From assembly GCA_963667175.2 (NCBI GenBank), contig CAXXXF010000002.1:288001-352000 (forward strand): a stretch of 64,000 bases of DNA. Reading direction: 5' to 3'. Below are positions 42,562 through 51,644 of the stretch, piece after piece. A model generated the notes under the pieces. That model made no database searches and was not told where the DNA came from. It saw nothing but the letters and a program-made list of their open reading frames with translations. Source of the stretch: Candidatus Latescibacterota bacterium (lineage in GTDB: Bacteria > Latescibacterota > UBA2968 > GCA-2709665). The position numbers and the translations under genes were made by a program. Every line of letters starts with the position of its first letter. The first letter of the stretch is position 1.

Positions 42562-44330
42562 AATCGAACCGGAGATTCCTCATCCCCTGCGTCGTTCTGC
42601 TCGCCGTGAGCCTGATTTCCGGGTGTGTCTACTACAACACGTTCTATAACGCCCAGAAAAAGTACCGGGAGGCCGAACGCAGGAGAGAGGAAGCCGAGAA
42701 CGTGGCCGCCAGCGGTCACAAGAGCCGGCAGATGATGTTACAGTACCGTGAAAACTACATGTGGGCTATACAAAAGGCGTCCATCGTCCTCGACCGGCAT
42801 CCCGAAAGCAAGTGGGTTGACGACAGCCTGTTGCTCATCGGCAAGGCCTTCTACTGGCGGGGAAACTACCGGGATGCGCTCACCAAGTTCCAGGAGTTGC
42901 AGGACAATTTTCCTCAGAGCCTGCTGCTCACCGAAGGCTTCTACTGGAAGGGGCTTTCGCTCTGGGCCGCCGGAAGGCCGGAAGAAGCGCGGCCCCTGCT
43001 GGCGAACGTGGGTGAAAGCGGGGATCCGCAATTTTCGGGAAAAGCCCGGCTCGCGCTTGCAGAACTGGAAGCCGAAGCCGGCGATCACGCCGCCGCCATC
43101 GACGCATATCAGCAACTGCTCGAGGGCAGGCCTCGAGGACTCGCCGCGAAAATATGGGAGGGTATCGGGAACGCCAGGTTTCAGCTGGAACAGGATGAAG
43201 AGGCCCTGCTGGCGTACCGCCGCGTTCTGAAATCGAAGCCGAAGAACAAAGTCAATTACGAGACCCGCCTTCAGATCGGCCGGATTCTGGAGCGCCAGGG
43301 AAGACTGGACGAAGTCCTGGCGGAGTACGACCGCATTCTGAAGATCAAGAGCCTGAGATCCTATGAGCCGAACGTGCATCTCAGACGGGCGCACGCGTAT
43401 CATCTGATGGGCCGACAGGAAACCGCGGATGAGATCTACAATGAAGTCATCAAGGACAACCCGAAGACCGAGTACAGCGCCGAAGCATATTATCGGCTGG
43501 CGATGGTGGCGCAGCGGACGCACCGGGATATGGAGAAGGCGCAGGAACTTTTCGCCAGCGCCCGAAAAGAAAATCCCGGATCCGATGCCGGCAGGGCGGC
43601 CAGAGATCGAGAAAAGGACCTTGGCAAGCTGGCCCGTTACCAGAAGGCGGCCGCCAAAGGGAAGAAGAAGGGCTTGAAAGCGCTCTTCAATGTGGCCGAA
43701 ATGTATCTGTTCAACTTTTCGGAACCGGATTCCGCGCTCGCGACCTATCGCAGAGCCTACGGAATCGCCGATAGTCTGGACGCCGAACTGGCGCCAAAGG
43801 CGCTCTATGCCATCGGCCTGATCTACGCGGACAGCCTGAAAAACCAGGATGCGGCCGAAAAGACGTTCCGGCAACTGATCGACGCGTATCCCGTCAATCC
43901 CTACGGGGTGAAAGCCCGCCGGCGGCTGGCGAAGTCCCTGGAAGACGACGCCAGGGCGGAAGCCCGGTTTCTCGAGGCCGAAACGCTGATCAGCGAGGGT
44001 GCGCCACCGTCCGGTTTCCTGGAAGTCCTCAGACAACTCTCGTCGGAGCACCCGAACAGTCCCGTTGCGGCCAAAGCCCTCTATACCATCGCGTGGACGT
44101 ACGCGAACCGTCTGGAAAACCCGGACACCGCCCGGGTCTATTACCAGCGGCTGGTGGACAGTTATCCTCAGACCGATTTCGCCGAAATTGCGTCGAAGAG
44201 CCTCAAGGGCGACTTTCTGGGAGCCATCGCGCGGTCCGATCCGGACGTCGAAGTCGCCGGAGGAACGACGCCTTCAGTCCGGGGAGATGAAAAACGCAAA
44301 GGAGATGCCCGGGGCCCTCAAAAGAGATAA
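42558..44330 (+). CDS. TPR-repeat lipoprotein
   Basis: Lipobox ISGC, YYNTFYNA, multiple TPR motifs; ATGA overlap with carB. Confidence 0.85.
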
Positions 44331-44394
44331 TCGACGGAGCGTCCGGCTCGGATCTTCGATAGGGTCCGGGTTGTCCCCGAGAAGCCTTCGTCCC

Positions 44395-45189
44395 ATGATT
44401 GTACGATTTTTCCAGGAAAACGCCGAAGTCCTCGGCAACGAGCGGATTGCTCGAAACGTCCACCTGATGCGCCTGCGCGCCCCGGAAATCGCCCGGTCCT
44501 GCCGTCCCGCCCAGTTTGTTCAGGTCCTTACCGACGCCGGCCGGACGCCCTATCTCCGGCGCCCGTTCAGCGCGTTGCGCGTGGACGCCGAAGCGGGATG
44601 GCTGGAGATCGTCTACGACGCCATCGGGGAAGGCACGCGCAGAATGGCCGCGGCCCCGGCCGGCCGGCGTCTCGACCTGCTCGGCCCGCTGGGCCAGGCC
44701 TTTGTCCCGCCCGATACCGGCCGGCTTCTGCTGGTTGCGGGAGGCGTGGGCCTGGTCCCACTTGCCTTTTCGGCCTGGTTCTACAAGGAACGTAGAGCCG
44801 AAATGGTCTTCCTGATGGGGGCAGCGAGCAAAGCGCGCATGCCCGAGATGGGCCGTGTGATTCCCGGCGATCTGTGTCGACGCCTTGCAACGGACGACGG
44901 GAGCCTTGGGCACAGAGGCCCCGTAACGGACCTGATTCCGGCACACGTTCGCCCCGGCGAAACCCAGGTCCTTGCCTGCGGCCCGCACGCCATGATGGCG
45001 CGGGTCGCCGAGATCGCGGCCGAGCACCGTCTGCCCTGCTTCGCGTCACTCGAAAACCATATGGCCTGCGGATTCGGCGCCTGCGTCGGCTGTGTGGTGG
45101 AATACCGGGAAGCGGATCGGGAAGATCATCGATATCGACGGGTCTGCACTGAAGGGCCGGTGGTGGACGCCCATGCCATCGTCTGGTAG
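44395..45189 (+). CDS. pyrK: Dihydroorotate dehydrogenase electron transfer subunit
   Basis: LRRPFS, GPLG, AGGVG, ACGP, MACGFGACVGC...RVCTEGPV [2Fe-2S] motif. Confidence 0.92.
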   Translation: MIVRFFQENAEVLGNERIARNVHLMRLRAPEIARSCRPAQFVQVLTDAGRTPYLRRPFSALRVDAEAGWLEIVYDAIGEGTRRMAAAPAGRRLDLLGPLGQAFVPPDTGRLLLVAGGVGLVPLAFSAWFYKERRAEMVFLMGAASKARMPEMGRVIPGDLCRRLATDDGSLGHRGPVTDLIPAHVRPGETQVLACGPHAMMARVAEIAAEHRLPCFASLENHMACGFGACVGCVVEYREADREDHRYRRVCTEGPVVDAHAIVW

Positions 45190-45267
45190 ACGTCCAACGG
45201 CCTGACCGACCGGGAAGTTCCGCGTCGGCGGGCGATTCGCGGCTCGGATACACCTCCCGGAACGCCC

Positions 45268-46191
45268 ATGGACCTTTCCACGCACATCGGAGGCGGCCTG
45301 ACCATCAGGAACCCCGTGATGATGGCCTCGGGGACCATCGGGCACGGCGCCGAATACGCTGACGTGTTCGACTTCGCGCAGGTTGGCGGCGTGGTCACCA
45401 AGACCATCACCTATCGTCCCCGCGCGGGCAATACCCCCCCCCGCACCGCGGAGACCCCGTCGGGTATGCTCAACTCCATCGGCCTTACGAATCCCGGAAT
45501 TGACGCGTTTATTGCGGAAAAGGTCCCCGCCCTTCAGGCGCTTTCCACGGCGCGGATTGTCAGCATCGCCGGCGCCTCGAACGACGAATTCGCCGAAATG
45601 GCGCGCCGGTTCAACGACGTACCGGACGTCGACGCACTGGAACTGAACGTCTCGTCGCCGAATATGAAGGACGGCGGTCAGCTCTTCGGATGCCGGGAGA
45701 AGGCCGCGTACGGTGTCACGGCGGCAGTGAAGGAGGTATCCACGCTTCCAGTCATCGTCAAGCTCACGCCCAACGTAACCGACGTCGCCGCGGTGGCCGC
45801 GGCCGTGGAAGAAGGAGGCGCAGACGGTATCGCGCTGATCAACACCCTGCTGGGGCTGGCCGTGGATATCGACACCCGGCGCCCTGTCCTGGGAAATATC
45901 ACCGGCGGCCTTTCCGGACCCGCCATCAAGCCGGTTGCGCTCGCCATGGTGTGGCGGGTCGCTAATGCGGTCTCGATCCCGGTTGTCGGCATGGGCGGCA
46001 TTGCTACGGCTGGAGACGCGGTCGAGTTCCTTATCGTCGGCGCATCCGCCGTACAGGTAGGAACGACCACCTTCATCAACCCCTGGGTCGCCCTGGAGAT
46101 TGTCGATGGCATCGCCGAATACTGCCGCAGCCACCGGATCGGGCGCATATCAGACCTCGTCGGTTCGTTTGAAACCGGGCCGCGGAACTGA
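45268..46191 (+). CDS. pyrD: Dihydroorotate dehydrogenase, class 1B catalytic subunit
   Basis: NPVMMASGT, MLNSIGLTNPG, ELNVSSPN, VKLTPNV, GGLSGPAIKP. Confidence 0.95.
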   Translation: MDLSTHIGGGLTIRNPVMMASGTIGHGAEYADVFDFAQVGGVVTKTITYRPRAGNTPPRTAETPSGMLNSIGLTNPGIDAFIAEKVPALQALSTARIVSIAGASNDEFAEMARRFNDVPDVDALELNVSSPNMKDGGQLFGCREKAAYGVTAAVKEVSTLPVIVKLTPNVTDVAAVAAAVEEGGADGIALINTLLGLAVDIDTRRPVLGNITGGLSGPAIKPVALAMVWRVANAVSIPVVGMGGIATAGDAVEFLIVGASAVQVGTTTFINPWVALEIVDGIAEYCRSHRIGRISDLVGSFETGPRN

Positions 46192-46633
46192 CCGCGCTGC
46201 GATTTATTTTCTCCTGATCATTGCAATCGCCCTTACTTCAGGCTGCTTTTCCCGCCCCAGGTATCGCTCCTCGCCCCCCGGGAACGACTCCGAAAAGACA
46301 GCGGCCGATGCTCCCGTGATTTCCACCAGAGATGCCTTTCAGGTCGGACTTGCCTCGTACTATGCGCACAAGTTCCACGGCCGTCCCACCGCCAGCGGCG
46401 AGATTTACAACATGTACGGACTTTCCGCGGCGCATCGGGAACTTCCGCTCGGTACCGTCATCCACGTAACCCATCTGGGAAACGGACGGAGCATCAAGTT
46501 GAAGGTCAACGACAGGGGACCCTTTGTCGAAGGCCGGATTCTGGACCTTTCCCTGGGCGCGGCCCGTCGGCTGGACATGGTGGAAGAGGGGGTCGCACGG
46601 GTCAAGATCCGCATCGTCAAGGCCGTCGACTGA
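46169..46633 (+). CDS. rlpA: RlpA-family septal ring lytic transglycosylase (lipoprotein)
   Basis: TSGC lipobox; GLASYY...FHGRPTASGE...AAHRELPLGT...VNDRGPF...ILDLS; start uncertain. Confidence 0.9.
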   Translation: MKPGRGTDRAAIYFLLIIAIALTSGCFSRPRYRSSPPGNDSEKTAADAPVISTRDAFQVGLASYYAHKFHGRPTASGEIYNMYGLSAAHRELPLGTVIHVTHLGNGRSIKLKVNDRGPFVEGRILDLSLGAARRLDMVEEGVARVKIRIVKAVD

Positions 46634-46675
46634 AGAACCCGCAACACCACGAGACCGGCGCGGGGGTATCCGCGT

Positions 46676-47926
46676 TCAGCGATCCCGTGCGGACTCCCGT
46701 TGCGACAGGGTGCGGAAAGCGAACTGTGCGATGAAGTCGATCCCCAGCATCCGTCCCATCACCCGCCAGTCATTCAGGTCGACGGCGCTCAGACCCGGGC
46801 CGCCGCCGTCCAGCACCAGCGTGCCGACGTAGAGGCGCGAGCCATCGGGAGAGACGCCGACCGTGGACGCGGCGTCGCCCACCCGAAGACGCCGGGATAT
46901 CAGATTGCGCTGTACGTCGACGGCGAGCAGGATTCCGCCCGTCTGCGTCCCCGTGGAAGCCACGTAGAGCGTCTGGCCGTCCGGCGAAAACGCCAGTCCC
47001 CTCGCGGAATCACCGCTCAGCTGGATGCCCCCCGCAACCCGGTCCGAACTCAGATCCAGTACCGAAATCACACCCCGGTCGACGTTCGTCACGTACGCCC
47101 GCGCGCCGTCCGCCGTGACGTCGATCTCGCCGGGAACGCCGCCGATAATGATGCCGGCCACGACCTCCCCCTGGTCCACGTCGATGACGGAAACGTCGCG
47201 GCTGTCGGCGTTCGCCACGTAGAGCCTCTTCCCGTCCGGGGTTATCGCCACGTCGATCGGCCTCTCGCCGACCGCGATTGTATCCGCGGGAACCCGGGCG
47301 ACCAGGTCCAGCACCACCAACCGGTCGTGTCGTTCTTCGGTCACGTACGCGAACCGCTCGTCGGGGCTCAGCACGACGCGTCCCTGCGACTCCGTCGGAA
47401 TCGAGAACAGCGCTTCGTGACTTGCGTCGATCGCGAAAAGCCCGAAACCTTCCGAGACGTAAATTGCCCGCTCGTCCGCGGAGACCGCGATACCGGTGGG
47501 TCCCCGAAACCTCAGATAGTCCGTTAGCAGATGGGATTCCGAATCGAAAATCGCCGCCCCGCCCAACACCGGGTCGAGCGCGTAAACCGCATGGCGGGTG
47601 GCCGTCGCGCCGTTGGAACTGCCGCTAAACGCGGCGCTGAACGCGATGAAATCGGGAAAGTTGACGGCGCCGTCGCCGTTCAGGTCCAGCCGGGCGTCGT
47701 ACGCCGTTTCGCCTTCCCGGGCGTTGAAGCTGCGCGCGAACAGCACGAAATCCGAAAACCCAACGTCGCCGTCACCGTCGAAATCCGCCGCGAGCGGGTC
47801 CGTCGAACGTTGCGTCGCAGGATTTTCGGGTTGCCAGATCACCGTCGGACGCTGCCCATGCGCCGGATTCAAGAAAGCCGAAAGAAAAAAGAGGAAAAGC
47901 GGTAAGCGATTGAGGTTTGCAGACAT
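46676..47926 (-). CDS. Secreted protein with dockerin/EF-hand-like pair and YVTN beta-propeller
   Basis: ADFDGDGDVGFSDF and DLNGDGAVNFPDF, then (S/T)PDG-x-x-LYV repeats. Confidence 0.85.
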   Translation of the reverse strand: MSANLNRLPLFLFFLSAFLNPAHGQRPTVIWQPENPATQRSTDPLAADFDGDGDVGFSDFVLFARSFNAREGETAYDARLDLNGDGAVNFPDFIAFSAAFSGSSNGATATRHAVYALDPVLGGAAIFDSESHLLTDYLRFRGPTGIAVSADERAIYVSEGFGLFAIDASHEALFSIPTESQGRVVLSPDERFAYVTEERHDRLVVLDLVARVPADTIAVGERPIDVAITPDGKRLYVANADSRDVSVIDVDQGEVVAGIIIGGVPGEIDVTADGARAYVTNVDRGVISVLDLSSDRVAGGIQLSGDSARGLAFSPDGQTLYVASTGTQTGGILLAVDVQRNLISRRLRVGDAASTVGVSPDGSRLYVGTLVLDGGGPGLSAVDLNDWRVMGRMLGIDFIAQFAFRTLSQRESARDR

Positions 47927-47987
47927 GAATTACCCTCTAATGTGGCGCAACGGTCTTCCCGGAAATCCACCGGACTCGGCGGGGCCA

Positions 47988-49199
47988 TCAGGAGGCCAGG
48001 GCTGCCCGCGCCACACGGAGCATGTTGCCGCCCAGGATTTTGCGGATATCCCTATCCGAATAACCGCGCTGTACCATTCCCACCGTAAAGAGCGGCCAGT
48101 TGGTCCACGCCAGGCTTTTGACCATGTGATCCTGCCGCCAGTGTGCGTCAAACGCATCCGGCGGCCAGAAGTACGCCCAGCGCGGCCGCGCGCGCGGCCG
48201 CGGCGCCTTTCTCCGTTCCTTGCCGGACGCCCGTGACGCGTACGCCGTATCCGTCCCGATCGTCACATGGTCGGCGCCAACCGTTCTGACCATATGATCG
48301 ACGTGATCCAGCAGCGCCAGTATGTCTCCACTTCGACCCAGAAACGCCGGAATGCAGCAGATGCCCACGTAACCGCCCGTATCCACAATCGCCCGGATCA
48401 CGTCGTCCGGTTTGCACCGGATGTGTTCGTTCACCGCGCAGCAGCCGGAATGGCTGGCCACCATGGGTACCGCGGACGCCCTGGCCGCTTCGAGGCTGGT
48501 CTGCCAGCCGGCGTGCGCGACGTCCACGATCACGCCCACCCGGTTCATTTCGGCCACGACCGATCTTCCGAAATCGCTCAAGCCCGCATTGGCGGGCTCG
48601 GCGCAGCCGTCCCCAAGCATGTTGCGCCGGTTATAGGTGAGGTGCATCATGCGAATCCCCAGCTGAAAGAAGGTCCGTATATATCTCAGTTCCTCCTCGA
48701 CGGACACCCAGTCCTGCGACAGGGGTACGCCGTTGCCGCTCATGTAGAAACACTGTCTGCCCTGTGCCGCGGCCGTCTCGATATCCGCGGGCGCGGTTGC
48801 CCGAAGCAGAAAATCCCCCATGACGTCGGCCACGTACGTAAACCGGGCGAGACGTTTGATCAACCGCAACGGCGCCTGCCCCTCCTCACCCGCGTTCTGC
48901 ACGATACACGTCACGCCTCCCGACCGCCAGGCTTCCTGAAACTCCGCCCGCTCGACCGGATCGGTCGCGCATCGGGTCATCGACATTTCCTCGTTCATAT
49001 CGTTCAACTCGGCCACGGACGCGCCGGCTTCCACGGCGGCCGCCATCGCGTCGCCATCGATGGCCGCCCGCGGCGCGAATCCGTACGTGTCACACACGAT
49101 GGAGTCCGCGTGCAGGGCCAACCCGTGTTCCAGCTCTTTCTTTCTCGGCTTCAATATCTGAAGCGCGGCCTGCCGCGCTTCTTCGATCTTCTCATTCAT
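47988..49199 (-). CDS. Membrane dipeptidase (M19)-family protein
   Basis: GIRMMHLTYN, EMNRVGVIVDVAH, ASHS, GADHVTIGTD, KILGGNMLRV. Confidence 0.85.
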   Translation of the reverse strand: MNEKIEEARQAALQILKPRKKELEHGLALHADSIVCDTYGFAPRAAIDGDAMAAAVEAGASVAELNDMNEEMSMTRCATDPVERAEFQEAWRSGGVTCIVQNAGEEGQAPLRLIKRLARFTYVADVMGDFLLRATAPADIETAAAQGRQCFYMSGNGVPLSQDWVSVEEELRYIRTFFQLGIRMMHLTYNRRNMLGDGCAEPANAGLSDFGRSVVAEMNRVGVIVDVAHAGWQTSLEAARASAVPMVASHSGCCAVNEHIRCKPDDVIRAIVDTGGYVGICCIPAFLGRSGDILALLDHVDHMVRTVGADHVTIGTDTAYASRASGKERRKAPRPRARPRWAYFWPPDAFDAHWRQDHMVKSLAWTNWPLFTVGMVQRGYSDRDIRKILGGNMLRVARAALAS

Positions 49200-49370
49200 T
49201 TTTCGTCCCCTGTCCGTTCGCGCGCTTCCTGCCGAGATACTCCAGAATATACCATAACGTCCTCGCGCGATCAACGTTGAGATTTCCCTGTCCCTGCGGG
49301 ACCGGTTCCGCACGCGGGGCGGTCCTGCCGGTCCCCGCGGGGTCCGCCATTTTGAATTTCCAAAAAACCC

Positions 49371-49398
49371 TTGCGTATTTCGAATTTTCTCATACCTT
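49371..49398 (+). promoter_or_regulatory. Putative sigma70 promoter for the S1 gene
   Basis: TTGCGT-N16-TACCTT with an upstream A-tract. Confidence 0.4.
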
Positions 49399-49441
49399 TA
49401 TTTGTCTTGATCCGATGGCCTTCTGATTGGAGCAGGCTTAA

Positions 49442-49561
49442 CAGCCCGTTGAAAAAGTCCATCCGGTCTGCCTGCCTGTGCGTTCGCACGCAGACAGGCG
49501 CGCCTTGTCTTCGGCCACAATGACTCGGCCTCGCCTGCAGAGCGACTTTTCCAGCGGACCG
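49442..49561. mobile_element. 120-bp MITE, family B, copy 1
   Basis: Left end CAGCCCGTTGAAAAAGTC, degenerate right end GACTTTTCCAGCGGACCG; flanks TTAA / TTGA. Confidence 0.8.
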
Positions 49562-49653
49562 TTGAGATCCCCGTGCCGTGCGCGCCGGGCGGGAGCGCGG
49601 GGGATGCTTCATAAGACCAAACATCGCCGGAAAGGGAGCATAAGAGAAACCGC

Positions 49654-50880
49654 ATGAGCGAACCACGAAATGTGCAGGAAATGGACGAGAAATACGTGTC
49701 GGACCAATCGAGCGAAGAATTCGCAGCCATGCTCGAAGGAGAGCCGGATCAGGCGCCCGCGCCGATTCTTTCGGTGGGACAGCGCCTCTCAGGCCGCATC
49801 CGGACCATCGATGAATCTTCCGTGTTTGTTGACTATGGGGGCCGGAGTGAGGCCGTTGTCGACGTCCAGGAACTGAGAGACGAACACGGCGAGGTTTCAT
49901 GCCAGGTTGGCGACAATATCGAAGCCTTCGTCGCCTCGGTGGAGAATGAAGTCCGGTTGACGCTGTCACGGCGTACGGGCAACGTTCAGATACTGCGGCA
50001 GGCCTACGAAAACGGAATCCCCGTCGACGGACGGGTTACAGGATTCAACTCGGGCGGTCTGGTTGTCAACCTCGGAGGCCGCCGGGCTTTTTGTCCCGTT
50101 TCACAGATCGATACGGGTTACAGCAAGGACCTGGCCTCTTACGCGGGCCAGACCCATACCTTCAAAATTGTCGAATTCCGGGGTCGGGGCCGAAATATCG
50201 TACTGTCGCGCCGCGCCCATCTCGAAGCCGAGGCCGCCCGCCGAGCGGACGAACTGCGCGAAAAGCTCAGCGAGGGCGCCGAAGTCATCGGAAAGGTCAC
50301 CCGGTTGGAAAGGTTCGGCGCTTTTGTCGACCTCGGCGGCGTGGAAGGATTGGTCCACATTTCGGAGATTGCGCACAACCGCGTGGGGCATCCGAAAGAC
50401 GTGCTGCGGTCCGGAGATGAGGTGAACGTGAAGATCCTCGAACTCAAGGGCCTTGGAGGAGACAAGGAACGGATCTCGCTCTCCATGAAGGCGCTCCTGC
50501 CCGACCCCTGGGACGGCGCGACCGAAAAAGCCCGGGAAGGGGAGGTCATATCCGGAAAGGTCGTCTCCATTCAGCAGTTCGGCGCCTTCGTCGAAGTCGC
50601 GCCGGGTGTGGAGGGTCTGGTGCACGTGTCCCAGCTCGCGCGAAGCCGCGTTGCGCGGCCTGCCGACGTGGTTTCGGTAGGTCAGGAAGTGCGCGCCAGA
50701 ATCCGGAAGATCGACCGGGAGAGGAAACGCATCTCCCTTTCCATACGCGACGTTCAGGAAGAAGAAAAGAAGGCGGTTGAAGTCAAGGAAGTCGAAGCGT
50801 TCAAAGTCAAGGAAAACACGTCCGAAAGCAAGTCTGACAGCGTCATGGCAGACGCCCTCCGCCGCGCCGGATTATTGTAG
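49654..50880 (+). CDS. Ribosomal protein S1-like protein with four S1 domains
   Basis: Four OB/S1 repeats (FGAFVDLGGVEGLVHISE; FGAFVEVAPGVEGLVHVSQ). Confidence 0.9.
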   Translation: MSEPRNVQEMDEKYVSDQSSEEFAAMLEGEPDQAPAPILSVGQRLSGRIRTIDESSVFVDYGGRSEAVVDVQELRDEHGEVSCQVGDNIEAFVASVENEVRLTLSRRTGNVQILRQAYENGIPVDGRVTGFNSGGLVVNLGGRRAFCPVSQIDTGYSKDLASYAGQTHTFKIVEFRGRGRNIVLSRRAHLEAEAARRADELREKLSEGAEVIGKVTRLERFGAFVDLGGVEGLVHISEIAHNRVGHPKDVLRSGDEVNVKILELKGLGGDKERISLSMKALLPDPWDGATEKAREGEVISGKVVSIQQFGAFVEVAPGVEGLVHVSQLARSRVARPADVVSVGQEVRARIRKIDRERKRISLSIRDVQEEEKKAVEVKEVEAFKVKENTSESKSDSVMADALRRAGLL

Positions 50881-50955
50881 GTCAGGGTCGCAGGATCCCG
50901 CATCGGATCCGGTTTGACGAGACCGGAGCGGCGGAGGACAGCCCGGGACCCCGAC

Positions 50956-51300
50956 ATGCACAATACCAATCCCGATATTCTCCTCAAGGAAGTGCAATTC
51001 CAACCCTTTCGCGGCGGGGGACCGGGAGGCCAGCACCGCAATAAGGTTGAAAGCGCGGTCAGGCTTGTGCACGTTCCCACCGGTATCACGGTCGTTGCGT
51101 CCGAACATCGCTTCCAGGGACGCAACAGAGACCTTGCCCTCCAGCGCCTCCGGCGAAAACTCATCGGATTGAACCACACGGCCAGATCCCGAATACCAAC
51201 CAGACCCTCCCGCGCGTCCAGAGAAAAGCGCCTGGAACAGAAACGCCGGCGGTCGCGCAAGAAATCACTTCGCCGCATCGTGGACGTATCGTATACGTAG
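50956..51300 (+). CDS. arfB: ArfB-like peptidyl-tRNA hydrolase (ribosome rescue factor)
   Basis: GPGGQHRNKVESAVRL with GGQ; basic tail RIPTRPSRASREKRLEQKRRRS. Confidence 0.85.
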   Translation: MHNTNPDILLKEVQFQPFRGGGPGGQHRNKVESAVRLVHVPTGITVVASEHRFQGRNRDLALQRLRRKLIGLNHTARSRIPTRPSRASREKRLEQKRRRSRKKSLRRIVDVSYT

Positions 51301-51504
51301 CCCTTTGCAACCGGGATCGATTCAACAACCGAGCCCCGCGCGAACGCGCGCCGGCGAGGTCCGTGGTTCCGGTCCCCGACTGTCACCGGAACTCCGGCAT
51401 TTTTAATTTTTCGGCTGAATCAAATCCGGCGCTGGCGCGTCTTACGGTTGTGCCCCGCAATCGTCTCAGACCGCCGGAAGACCGCGCCTTCGCCCGATGC
51501 TTAA

Positions 51505-51624
51505 CAGCCCGTTGAAAAAGTCCATCCGGGCTGCCTGCCTGTGCGTTCGCACGCAGACAGGCGCGCCTTGTCTTCCGCTACAATGCCTCGGCCTCGCCGG
51601 CAGAGCGACTTTTTCAACGGACTG
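51505..51624. mobile_element. 120-bp MITE, family B, copy 2
   Basis: TIRs CAGCCCGTTGAAAAAGTC / GACTTTTTCAACGGACTG; TTAA at 51501-51504 and 51625-51628. Confidence 0.88.
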
Positions 51625-51644
51625 TTAATGGAGCGCCGTTGCCA

